This document shows positions 25,230 through 36,786 of a DNA stretch of 64,000 bases, piece after piece. Position 1 is the stretch's first letter; the number at the start of each line of letters is the position of its first letter. The notes below the pieces were generated by a model. It saw nothing but the letters and a program-made list of their open reading frames with translations, was not told the origin of the DNA and did not search any database. The stretch comes from Marsupella aquatica (Eukaryota; Plantae; Marchantiophyta), in NCBI GenBank assembly GCA_973895155.1, contig OZ316898.1, positions 7,551,079 to 7,615,078 on the forward strand, written 5' to 3'. The translations under genes and the position numbers were made by a program.

Positions 25230-28200
25230 TTTCCCAAGTCAGAAAAATCTTGAGAAAATTAATTTTGAAGAAAAATTTGACAAAGCTAAGGAGTACAAAG
25301 AATTCGGTTTGACTCTTCCCTGGATACTTTCAATATAGTAGAGCCCCCAATACTCAATGGATTCTCTCCTTGATCTTCCCATTGTCCTTGCCAGTAGAAA
25401 CCCTTGGCATAATGTATTTGTCAATACAGGCCTTTGCATACATTTGTTACTACAATCCCTGGACTGAGTCACTCCTCTATATTTACCCTTGCCATGATGT
25501 AGAATTGGTTTTCTCCAACAGCAAACACCATAAGAGCCAAATTTTGGTTTAATACAAGCCATCCTATTCTTCCTTCTAATTTTTCACAAAGTTTGCATTT
25601 CCGTCCACCTTTTCTAAGGGCAAACAGACCTGAAATCATTTAGCTAAATGACAACTTAATAAGTGCAAAACCTTTATAAGTGCATTTTGTACTCAAACTA
25701 AGAAAGGTTGTACACTTTTCAGTAAGCACATAACCAATGAGATTGCAATCAGTCATAAGTGCACACCCTTTCTTAGTAGAGGAGACATCCACTTATGGAG
25801 TTGGACACCACATTTAGGGCAAGGATTTACATTTTGTGTAATGAGTCACATGGCTGTGCACATTTTAGGGGGTTTGCACTTATCAAGGAATGGAAATTTT
25901 ATTTAGTGCACATTAGATCCGTCTTTGTGAGAGTGTCACTTATGTTGAGTTTTGAGCTTTCAAGAAAAGATGTTTTTTCATGATTGTTTCATATGAGTGA
26001 CTCGGAGAATACTGGAAGAATTGGCGTCAGTGGAGCTTCAGGATCGCAACGGTCAGACGGGGAATCTGAGGAGGAGCTGCTACCGTTTGAGGAGGAACTA
26101 GTATCACCGGTACGATCACCGGTGCGACGTGCAGTGGAGGAAGCTGTACTACTACCAGAGCTGTCGGTAGTTGGGAAGAAAAGGGAGATGGCTAGATTTG
26201 GAGGAGTGAGGTTTTTAGGGGGAGACCTGTTTAGATGATTGTCCCGTCACACATTCCGACAGGTCTCACAGGGGGCCGTTCCCCCTGTCCAGGCAGTTAA
26301 ATCTGAGGGCGGCAGGTCCCTACACACAAGGAAACACCAAAGAGAAGAAAAACAGGAAAAAAAGGGGCTAAAGGGGGTCCTTAAGCCCCTTAATTCACAA
26401 AATGCCCTGTATGGGGTCGGGGGTACGCCCAGGGTGTACACGGGCGGCTGCATATGCAGCCGTGTATGCCTGAAAACGGCCGGGGAGGGGGAGGGCAAGG
26501 CGACCGGCAGGGAGCCAAGTCACGAGCGGGGGTCAACCGGCGGGCAAGCGCGGGGGCACGGGCGTAAATGGCCGGAGGGAGGGAGGGTGCGCCGGCTGCT
26601 AGAAGCCAGCGGACGAGCGCGCACGCGCGAGAGGCGCCAACCGTCGCTGTGCCAGGAAAAATGGGGTGTGGGGGGGGGGGAAAGCTCGGTATGTAGGGGG
26701 GAGTAGTGGTACGAGGTGTGTATACACCTCACGTGTATACACACGCAAATAAGGGCCCTTAAACCCCCTTAAAAAGCCAAAAAAATCCCCCGGGAAAAAG
26801 TGAATGAATAACTCACCTAATTGCCGCCGTTTCTCACGAGTAAAGTGATCGCTGCCGACGGGAAATGTTGCCGAATTGCACCGGCACAGTCTGCAGCTTC
26901 AGCTGAGTAAACAATTTCCGCCGCGTTGCCTTCACTCCGCGTCAAGTGCCAATCCCGGGCTCAAAACGACCACCTCGCCGCGATCAAACCGTTTAGCCGT
27001 AGCACTTCGCATTTCTTCCACCGAGTCGGATGTCACGAAGAGAAACCTGGTTCAGATGGGAACAAGCTCCATAGCTTGTAAAAAAAAAACCTGAACTCCC
27101 CCTTCTTGTTAAGGATTGCTCTTAGTCTTGTGACTCATAGGTTACAGCACTTAGGCTAACCACAGTTAGGATCTTAGCTGAGGTTAGGTTAGTCGTGTGT
27201 GACCTTGTATATACCAGGGCTAGTGTAAGCCGCTGGTGTGTGGTGCTTACTCATTGTAACAGAGCAACAGGAGGAAGAGAGAGAGCATGTGTGTTCGTCT
27301 ACTCTTGAAGTAAAGCTTGAGTGTTCGTGTGGACGTAGCCTGGGAGAAGAGGTGAACCACGTAGAGATTGTGTCGACTACGTGTGCATGGAATGAGTCAT
27401 GGTTGTATGGTCGTTGCGAATGACGTCTTAGTTCAACAATTGGTATCAGAGCAAGCCTGGGAGGTGACGTTGAGGTGATCAAATTTTCGTGACGTGTTGG
27501 TGACGGTTTTTCCAGCGGTTAGAGTTGGTGGATTTCACGGAGATCTATCGCATGGAACTTGGAGGTGTTGGGCTCAACGGATAGATCGGGGCAAGGGCTT
27601 TCTGACGGTGCAAAGCAATCTCTAAACAGAGTTCGTGGTGCGGAGGAATTCATGTTTCCGTCGTTCTGGATTTTTTGTGATTCGTGTTTGACAGTTTTCT
27701 TTGACGGTTCTTTTGGGGGGGAACTGAGATCGTTTTCCCGACGGTGTGAGCTTTGTGGTGCGCGAGGCGTCACAACCTTTAGCTCAAATCGTAGATCGGG
27801 CAAAGCTGATCATTTCGGTAGCTGGTTTGCTATCGAGGGTGTAGTGAGTGTGATGTACCAAGCAAAAGAGCCGTTCTGAGTTTCTGACTGGCTATGGAGT
27901 CTTCTTTTGACTGAAGCGGGGTTTCTTGTCGTTGCGTTCGACTCAAAGGAAGAAACGGGAAGTGCAACAGCTCAACGAGGAGATCGCGGTGCAGTGGTCG
28001 TTTTGAGTCCAAGATTGACACTTGACGCGGAGTGAAGGAGTCGTGACGGGAATGTTTTACTCTGCTAGAGTTGCAAACGGTGCCGGTGCAATTCGGTAAC
28101 ATTCCCGTCGATAACTAGTCTTTATCTAGTGTAAAGTGATAACGGCAGTGTGAGTAACCCAACAAATTTTTTTGTGCACATTTTGCCTTAGAATAGGGCC

Positions 28201-29089
28201 TTTTTGGTGGTGTGTATACACACCCTTCCGACCCTTGCACCCCTATCAATACCCCGTTGGCGACCCCCTCCTCCTCCTCGCTAATACTCCCATCGCGGAT
28301 GTCCCAGACGTCGCGGCCGTCCCGGACGTCGCAACCGGCGCGGACGTCCCAGACGTCCCGATCGTCGCGGCCGTCCCGGCCGTCGCAGCTCCATCCCTGC
28401 CCATTTTGACTCGGTTTTTTACTCCCCGGCCCCCTGTGCACTGCCTGGCCCGTCCGTGCGCCTTTTTTAAGACAGTATTTTTGTGTTAAGGGGGTTAAAC
28501 CCCCTTAGGCCCGGTTTTTTAATCCTTTCCAGGCTCCTCATTGGTTAAGCGGCATCCCGGGCCCGGTGACCCACCAAATTAACCGCTTGGACAGGGGGAA
28601 CGGCCCCCTGTGAGACCTGTTGCACAGTCCAAGGAATATTCCGAAAAAAACAGAGAGCTGTTTTTCGGCCTTTAGTCGAAGATTCCAAGGTCCGAACGGT
28701 AACTTTTTTCGGATCTTTTTTGGCGAGAACGAAGCCACTGAAGCTAGCAACGCGGTGCACCACTCGATTTCTATTTCCGACGACGGGTGGTACTTGGATA
28801 TTTTCTTATTCCCCGAGGTGGTCAAAACGGGGGAGAATTTTTGAGTTTTACCCACCCCGACCGAAATGTGAAAAAGTTTTTCGTCGGAACTCGGTTTTGA
28901 TTTTGGATTTCAGCGTTGGCTTGCTAGGTTGGTGGGCTAAGTGGCGGTGATAAGTTTCAAGTTTTTTGGAAAGTTGCGAAAAACGACATTTTTCCGTGAT
29001 TTGGATTTGAGTCAACAAGAAGGAAGGAAGGAAAAAGCATATAGGGAGCAGCACAGCAATAGCATGTGGAGAACGTTGGGAGGACAACG

Positions 29090-29992
29090 ATGGCATCCAA
29101 GTTTGGAGGTGTCAAGTTTGAGGTGGAAAAATATGATGGGCGCACAGATTATTTGCTATGGGAGAAGCAGGTTAAGGGAATTCTTTGTGCTATGGGCCTA
29201 GATCATCTGCTATCGACTCGGGAGGAGTCTAGCAGTGAGGAGGAGATCCCGTTGAGGAAATGGAGGCAAGAGCAAGTGATTGCTGTGAATGCGGTTATGC
29301 TATATCTGAAGCCGCATATCATTAAGAAGCTGGACGACTACGAGGATTGCGTATCCTTATTCAAGGCCCTCAGAGAGAAGTACTACCGAGAGGATGCCTC
29401 AGATCGGTTGTACAAGAAGTCTCTCTTGATGAGCTTGAGGCTAAAAGAAGGAGGCAAGCTTCGAGATCACTTGGATGAATTCGACAGCCTAGCTGTAGAT
29501 TTGTCAAATCTTGGCAAGGGAGTGGAAGATGAAGATAAGGCATTGCTTCTTCTCAGTTCCTTACCCCCATCGTATCAAGGTTTGAAGCAGGTTCTCTTGT
29601 ATAGAGATCTCAAAACCATTTCATATGATGAGGTGGTAAGCTCTTTGTTGTCAGATGATGCACAGAAGAAACTGGGTCATGCCCAGACACCATCTTCATC
29701 TGGCAGTGCATTGAATGTGAACCGCGGGAGGACTCAACAGCGGATGACTGGTGAAAACAGATCCTTTTCACAAACGTACCCCTCACGGAATAGAGGCAAG
29801 GAGAAGGCTCGGTCTAAGTCTAGATCCAGGTCTAGAGAGAAATCTCTAGAAAGAAAACCAATTATATGTTGGAAATGTAACAAGCCTGGCCACATGAAAC
29901 GAGACTGTCGAGTCAAGCAGACTCATCAACCATCAGCGAACGCAGCCACTGATGTTGATATGATTGACTTGCTTGATGATGAAATCTTGTGA
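29090..29992 (+). CDS. gag: Copia Gag with CCHC zinc knuckle
   Basis: MASKFGGVKFEVEKYDGRTDYLLW, LLSSLPPSY, CWKCNKPGHMKRDC; ends in TGA at 29990-29992. Confidence 0.9.
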   Translation: MASKFGGVKFEVEKYDGRTDYLLWEKQVKGILCAMGLDHLLSTREESSSEEEIPLRKWRQEQVIAVNAVMLYLKPHIIKKLDDYEDCVSLFKALREKYYREDASDRLYKKSLLMSLRLKEGGKLRDHLDEFDSLAVDLSNLGKGVEDEDKALLLLSSLPPSYQGLKQVLLYRDLKTISYDEVVSSLLSDDAQKKLGHAQTPSSSGSALNVNRGRTQQRMTGENRSFSQTYPSRNRGKEKARSKSRSRSREKSLERKPIICWKCNKPGHMKRDCRVKQTHQPSANAATDVDMIDLLDDEIL

Positions 29993-32900
29993 AGTCCAGA
30001 TGTTGCCCTTTGCATTTCATCCAGTAACAACGGTGACGAATGGATTTTAGATTGTGTCTGTACCTATCATATTTGTTGTATAAAAGAGTTTTTTACTTCT
30101 TACTCAGTATCAACCGGTTCCGTGTTGATGGGGAATGATCATCCTTGTCAAATTGTTGGAATTGGATCCGTGAAAATTCAGATGTTTGATGGAGCTATGC
30201 GAACAGTGAGTAATGTCAGACACATACCTGACATGAAAAAGAACTTGATTTCTCTTGGAATGCTGGAAGCAAATGGATGTCGGTGGAGTTCTACTGATGG
30301 TATTCTTCAAGTGTCAACCGGAGGCAAGGTTGTCATGAAGGGTAAGCGGCACAGGAATCTATATTTGTTGGAGGGCAACGTGATTTGTGAAGAAGCCAAT
30401 GTAACTAGATCTCAAGGCGAGATGACTCAGTTATGGCACTGCAGATTGGGACACATGAGTGAAAAGGGTTTGGCGGTACTTCGCAGGAAAGGACTTCTTT
30501 CTAATTTGGAATCTACTAAGCTAGATTTTTGTAAACACTGTGTGCTTGGGAAGCAGCACAGGAGAACCTTTGGTGTTGGAACTCACAATACCAAAGCTAT
30601 ACTTGAGTATGTACATAGTGATGTGTGGGGTCCAGCCCCAACTCCCTCACTTTCTGGAAAATTGTACTATGTCACGTTCATTGATGATTACTCACGGTAT
30701 GTGTGGATCACATTTCTACACGCCAAGTCTGAAGTTTTTGGCACTTTTAAGAAGTGGAAAGCCCAAATTGAGAATCAGACTGGATCCAAGGTGAGATATC
30801 TGCGATCAGATAACGGCGGGGAGTACAGTTCAAGTGAGTTTGAACTATATTGTGCAGAGCAAGGGATTACTCGTCATCTCACGACAGTCTATACTCCTCA
30901 ACAGAATGGTGTTTGTGAGTGGCTAAACCGAACATTATTGGAGCGATCGAGGAGTATGTTGAGCCAATCAGGTTTACCGCATAAATTTTGGGCTGAAGCT
31001 ATAAATACGGCAGCTTATTTGGTAAATCTTTCTCCTTCAAGTGCAATCAATTTCAAGACGCCGTTTGAAATGAGGTATGGACGGCACGCAGACTATCAGG
31101 TTTTGAGAGTCTTTGGAAGTGATGCATATGCTCTCACACCTAAGCAGAATCGATCTAAACTAGATTCTACTTCCAAGAAGTGTCTTTTTCTTGGTTATCA
31201 ACCAGGTGTGAAAGGTTACAGGCTATGGGATCCAGAAGCTTGTACGTTGCTTGTCAGTAGAGATGTATCCTTTAATGAATCCAGATCATCAAAGGAGGGG
31301 GATGATGCTCAGGCTTCCCGTACTGACAAAGGTAAATCTCCTATCCTGGACCATGTTGTGGGGGAGATTGGTCATGAGAGTTTTCATGACATAAATGAAG
31401 GAGGTGCTCCGAGAATGGAGCTGGTTCCGGTATTGGAACAAGAGGAGCAAGTTGTTGTTGGAATACCTCAAATTCAACCAACAGAACAAGATCAACCAGA
31501 ATCATCAGCTAGAAAATCAAGACATACTACTCGAGCTCCTACAAGGTATGGACAATGGACAGATTCATCAAGGTTAGATGATGTTGACATTGCACCTGAA
31601 GATGATGACAGAGCACTGATCTTGGAAGAAGGAGAACCTTCTTCTTATCATGAGGCGTGCATTTCAGACGAGAAAGATGAATGGAATGCAGCGATGCAGA
31701 GGGAGTTGCAATCTTTAAGTGACAACAGAACATGGGAGCTGGTGCAACTGCCAAGTGATCAACAAGTGGTAGATAGGAAGTGGATTTACAAGCTGAAGGA
31801 CAACTCTTTAGATGGAGGAGACAAGATATACAAGGCAAGGCTTGTTGCCAAGGGATTCACTCAAGAGAAGGGAGTGGATTACAATGAGGTCTTCTCTCCA
31901 GTTGCCAAGTATTCCACGATACGAATTTTGTGTCAACTTGTTGTGTTTTTTGATCTGGTGTTAGATCAAATGGATGTTGTTACTGCTTTTCTCTATGGCA
32001 CCTTGGAAGAACAAATTTTCATGAGGCAACCACTGGGCTTTGTGAAGAAGGGCCAAGAGAGCTTAGTTTGCAGGTTGCTTAAGTCCTTGTATGGATTGAA
32101 GCAAGCTCCTCGACAGTGGAACAAGCGGTTTGATGATTTCATGCTTGCACAAGGATTCACTAGCTCGGGGGTCTCACTATATGGGGACCTCCCCATCGCC
32201 TGCGACGTTTTTAGGCCTCGGACCCCCTAAAATGTAAGAATTTTTTTTTATTTTTTAACCCCTATAAAGTTGGAATATTCTTGGAATATTCTAAAAATTG
32301 GATTAAAAAGACCCTAATGTTCTTATAAGTCTCAAAATTGAATTTAAAAGACCCTATTGTTCTTCTACAAAAATTCTTAAGTCTTCCCTTAGAACCAATA
32401 AAATGACCCTATCCTTCGTCGCACGTGATATGCCATTTTTGTGGAAGTGAAACCCCCGAGTTCACTAGGATGGTGTATGACCCTTGTGTGTATACAAAAT
32501 CAATCAAAAATGGTGTGTTTGGTTTGCTCATTCTGGTGCTCTATGTGGATGACATGTTGATTGCGGCTAAGGATCAAACTGAGGTTGACAAACTCAAAGC
32601 AAAATTGAGTTCTGAATTCCGAATGAAGGATCTTGGGAAAGCCAAGAGGATCTTAGGTATAGAGATTACGAGGAACTTTGAAACTGGACAATTGTGGCTG
32701 AATCAAGGCATGTATGCTGAAAAGGTACTTGCAAGATTTAACATGGAAAATTGTAAGCCAGTAAGTATTCCTTTGGCTCCACATTTCAAGTTATCATCTG
32801 CTTTCTGCCCCACGGATCCAGTGGAGATAGGCTTGATGACTAAGGTTCCTTATGAGAAGGCAGTGGGCAGTCTAATGTATTTGATGACATGTATCAGGCC

Positions 32901-33525
32901 TGATCTAGCCCTAGCAATGGGCAAAGTGAGTAGATTCATGTCAAATCCAGGGAAGGTACATTGGGAGGCTGTGAAATGGATTCTCAGGTATCTTAAGGGC
33001 ACAATAGACTATGGTCTATTGTTTGATAGTAGATCAAACAAAACCAAATCTTTGGTTGGCTATGTAGATTCTGACTACGGAGGCTGTCTGGAAACAAGGA
33101 GGTCAACGACTGGGTATGTGTTTACTCTTGGAAGAGGATGCATAAGTTGGAGATCTACCTTGCAGAAGTGTGTATCTCAGTCTACTACAGAAGCATAATA
33201 TGTTGCAACAGCAGAAGCAGCAAAGGAAGCAATTTGGTTGGATAAGCTGGTCACTGAGATGGGATTGGAGCATGGAAAAATGACTCTTCATTGTGACAGC
33301 CAAAGTGCGCTTCACCTAGCTATTAACCAGGTTATGGATAGCAGGGTGAAACACATTGACATCAGGTACCATTTTATTAGGCAAGCAATGTCTGATAAAA
33401 TGTTTGAGCTAGTCAAGATTGATGGAAAGCTCAACCCGGCTGATGCTTTTACCAAAGTGATTCCTTTGGAGAGTTACTCAAGACACCGTGCTACTTTGCA
33501 AGTTTTGCATTTGCAGCACAAGTAG
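29993..33525 (+). pseudogene. pol: Copia Pol (PR-IN-RT-RNaseH), in frame with gag, interrupted by a MITE (32164-32460) and a nonsense codon (33196-33198)
   Basis: WILDCVCTYHIC (protease), LWHCRLGH, VHSDVWGP, LRSDNGGEY, TPQQNG, KARLVAKGFTQ, YGLKQAPRQW, LYVDDML, YVDSDY, STTEA*Y, KHIDIRYHF, NPADAFTK. Confidence 0.93.
32164..32460 (+). mobile_element. 297-bp MITE inserted in the copia RT
   Basis: 15-bp TIRs CTCGGGGGTCTCACT / AGTGAAACCCCCGAG (1 mismatch); 8-bp TSD TTCACTAG at 32156-32163 and 32461-32468; removing it restores AQGFTRMVYDPCVY in frame. Confidence 0.96.
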
Positions 33526-35260
33526 AGTAACTTAACAATATGTAATTTCTGTATATGGGTTACTCAATCTTGTTATGGCTACAGCTTAATTCTAGTTAAC
33601 CCTTAGTTAACCTTAAATGGTTTTTAGGGGGACACCTATGGTTTTAGGTGATTGTCTAGAATTTCCCGTTGAGTATCTCATATGGATAGCAGAAATTGCA
33701 GTCCCCAAGACTAGACTCAAGGGGGAGTTTGTTAAGGATTGCTCTTAGTCTTGTGATTCATAGGTTACGGCACTTAGGCTAACCACAGTTAGGATCTTAG
33801 CTGAGGTTAGGTTAGTCGTGTGTGACCTTGTATATACCAGGGCTAGTGTAAGCCGCTGGTGTGTGGTGCTTACTCATTGTAACAGAGCAACAGGAGGAAA
33901 AGAGAGAGCATGTGTGTTCGTCTACTCTTGAAGTAAAGCTTGAGTGTTTGTGTGGACGTAGCCTGGGAGAAGAGGTGAACCACGTAGAGATTGTGTCGAC
34001 TACGTGTGCATGGAATGAGTCATGGTTGTATGGTCGTTGCGAATGACGTCTTAGTTCAACACTTCTCTCATCATGACACACTAGGTAACAACTCGGCAGC
34101 AACTTAGCTACTGAAACGACCAGCTCGCTTCAACCTTCAACTTGAGCTACAACATGCGACACCTCCTGCACTGCACAGCTCACACCGTTCAATAACGCGA
34201 ACTCTGGTCTCTCCCTCAAAAAACCCGTCGAACACGAATAAAACCTGAACGACGCAAACTTTGATTCCTCCGCACCACGAATACCGATTAGCGAGTTCTA
34301 ACCACCGTTAGAAAGCCCTCTCACTAACCTATCCGCTTAGCCACACACATTCGAGTTTCATGCGACGAAACTCCGAATGTACCATCAACAATGAATGCTG
34401 GAAAAACTTGTCACAAAAAACCCTCGTCACCTCCCAGGTAAGCTCTGATACCACTTGTTGAACAAAGACGACATTCGCAACGGCAAGCCCATGAACCATC
34501 CAATGCACAAGAGTCGACACAGAGAGATACGTGGTTCACCTCCACATGATGCTACGTCCACGGGGACACACAAGAGCTTTACTGCACTCTAGGCCGAACG
34601 GCCATACCAAGCATCCACAGTACAAGCTCTCCCTATCTCTCAACTAGCTCCGTAACAATGAGCCTAAGTTCCACTAGGGTCTAGCATCAGCCCTGGCTAT
34701 AATCACAACAGCACTACCGCTAACATTAGCTAAGTCCTAACCCGAGTTAGCCTAACTGTGGTTAGCTCATGAGTCACAAGACTAGAGCAATATCTAACAA
34801 CTTATGGAGAGTTAACTCTATTTGCATGTGTCATGCAATGAAAATACAATGAACTCAATCTGTACTTGCCCCTTCACTTGGTACTTGCTCCAAGATAACA
34901 AGTACACAGAAAAAATGAATATGTTTTTGAATGAAATGACAACATTTTGAGGGCAATAAACTAAAGCTGCATCATGTGCATTGTCTTCACATTTAAAGGT
35001 TTACTATAGTTTCTTTCACTTTGTACATTGTAACCTCATTTGCATATATCAAACTGTAAAAAAACCATGTCCAACTGGACGATGTGATTCCTCAGGCGGA
35101 AAACTCAATCAATGGGAGGCAACCAAAGAGCCAAAAGGTTCAAAAGACCCCAGCAGAAGCTGAGCCAAACAACATTTGGGAACAAGAAACCAAAACTCTA
35201 CCTATTGGCAATTTTAGAAGCCTGCTAAGGCTCAGGTGTGAACTCCATAGGAGAGTACCG

Positions 35261-35480
35261 AAAGGAATCCAACTAAAGTCCCTAAAACCAACCAAATTGC
35301 ATGTGAAACAAAGGAATCCAACTGGGGGCTCTAAAACTAACCAAATATCCAACTATAGTACCTAAAACCAGCCAAATTGCATGTGAACAAAAAAAACCCA
35401 ACTAGGGGCCCTAAAACTAACCAGATTGCACATGACTGTGAAACAAAGGAATCCAACTAGAGGCCTTAATTAAAACCAGC
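35261..35480. repeat. Degenerate minisatellite, ~50-bp unit x ~4
   Basis: aaggaatccaact...ctaaaac(c/t)aaccaaattgcatgtgaa units recur. Confidence 0.75.
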
Positions 35481-36222
35481 CCTTCACCCCCACTAAGGGA
35501 GTGTACACATATCGCCCATGGCAATGCGACACGTCAAACATACCATTTGTGGGGCCGAAAGGAACCAATGATCGGGAGACACGTCAGCTAGTGGACCGAA
35601 GCGAAGGCAGGAGTGGAGTGGGAACGAGCACACAAACGCCGATGAGAGGATATTGCGTGTACTGCAGCTCCTCGCAACGCATTGCCTTGTGCAGCGCGGC
35701 TTTCGGCAGTCGGCAGAATCTCCACTGCGCATGATATGTGATGAATCTCACGTAAAGTGCTGCTGCAGCCGTGCAGGCCGCGAGCACAACCATCCCCCCT
35801 CGCACCCACTTTGAACAGAGCTTTCCAGGGAGCTTTCGAAGCGCCTTTGGGGCGGAGAAACGGCTGACGAAAAGAGAGGCAAAGCAACGAAGAAACGGAG
35901 AAACGGAGAAAGACGACGGACTGAGATTCGATAGTGCTACTGTAGAGTAGAGCAGAAGAGCTTTCGGATCGTTGCTGGGCGTAATTCAACGGACTGGGAT
36001 ACTATAGTAGAGTGGAGGATCTTTGACATCGTTGCGGAGCTGGGAGGGCGGTGTTTGGAGACTGTTTCGGACTTCATTATCGGGCGAGGTGGAGTGGGCT
36101 TGGATCCGATCGAGACGAAATTGGAGCACGAGCTTGAAGATTCTCTGATTTTGTCTGAAGTCTGAGTATTGCTTGCGGAGAGGAACGATAGGGTAGCAGT
36201 GTTGTTTGTAGAATCGAGCAAC

Positions 36223-36786
36223 ATGGGGGGCGGTGGTGGAGGAGGGGTAGGACCAGTACTGCTCTGCGCGGCTTCGTTCACCGTATCTTCTCCTGCTTCA
36301 GCTCCCGTTTCTGCTCTTCTCCGTAGTTCCCCGTCCTCCAAGACCTTGTACAGTTCTTCTCGTAGTTGTTGTAACCCTAACTCAATTAGAAGAGGGCTGC
36401 TGCTATCTCTGCCGAGGGGACGACGGGGCAGAAGGTTTGAGTCAGCAAGGGCGAGCAAAGAGGACGAGGCAGATGTGAATCAGGATGCTGCAGAGCCCAA
36501 CAAAGGGGGCAAGGATGATTCCGTTGATTGGGATAAGGCTTGGTCCAGCTTCAAGAAACCTCAGAAGAGGAAATCTTTCTTGAAGATAGACATGGAGAAG
36601 TATGTAAGTCGGCAGCCTAAGCACTCGAATTATCCTTTATCGGAGGACGTGGATCCTCTGCGGAAGTCGGAAAGGTCCTTGCTAGGAGCTTGGACAAGCA
36701 TGAAGTTTACCTATGCTTTCGTGGTTGTAATCATAGGCCTCGCCGTGTATATGGTGATCATCGTCGGGCCGCCACCACATCATTAG
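36223..36786 (+). CDS. Probable plastid-targeted single-pass membrane protein of unknown function, 187 aa, intronless
   Basis: Ser/Ala/Arg-rich transit-peptide-like N-terminus; block VDWDKAWSSFKK...YPLSEDVDPLRKSERS..WTS recalled from uncharacterised plant chloroplast proteins; C-terminal hydrophobic helix. Confidence 0.8.
   Translation: MGGGGGGGVGPVLLCAASFTVSSPASAPVSALLRSSPSSKTLYSSSRSCCNPNSIRRGLLLSLPRGRRGRRFESARASKEDEADVNQDAAEPNKGGKDDSVDWDKAWSSFKKPQKRKSFLKIDMEKYVSRQPKHSNYPLSEDVDPLRKSERSLLGAWTSMKFTYAFVVVIIGLAVYMVIIVGPPPHH

Larger units (their letters stand above)
27107..34061 (+). mobile_element. Full-length Ty1/copia LTR retrotransposon (disabled)
   Basis: 332-bp LTRs at 27107-27438 and 33730-34061 (TG..CA, 4 substitutions seen); TSD CTTCT at 27102-27106 and 34062-34066; PBS TGGTATCAGAGC at 27441-27452; PPT AAGGGGGAG at ~33719-33727; domain order gag-PR-IN-RT-RH. 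Confidence 0.98.
25943..34799 (-). mobile_element. Rearranged, truncated copia element hosting the nested insertion: LTR 34799-34456, PBS 34453-34442, 5' leader 34441-34067 and 27101-~26230, inverted leader/gag-start fragment 25943-~26215
   Basis: LTR related to the nested element's LTR; gctctgatacca is the reverse-complement Met-i PBS; leader is reverse-complement homologous to ~27980-28620; ACTTA at 25938-25942 and 34800-34804; plus-strand MARFGGVRF at 26188 resembles gag MASKFGGVKF. Confidence 0.78.

Noticed and set aside
26239-26744. GC-rich ORFs in the copia leaders (also 28115-28489)
   Set aside because: They arise from stop-poor GC-rich and 9-bp periodic leader sequence and are not conserved in frame between the two related elements
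35937-36458. 173-aa minus-strand ORF and the neighbouring 35493-35989 ORFs
   Set aside because: Antisense shadows of the GC-rich 5' region of the 36223-36786 gene; no domain features
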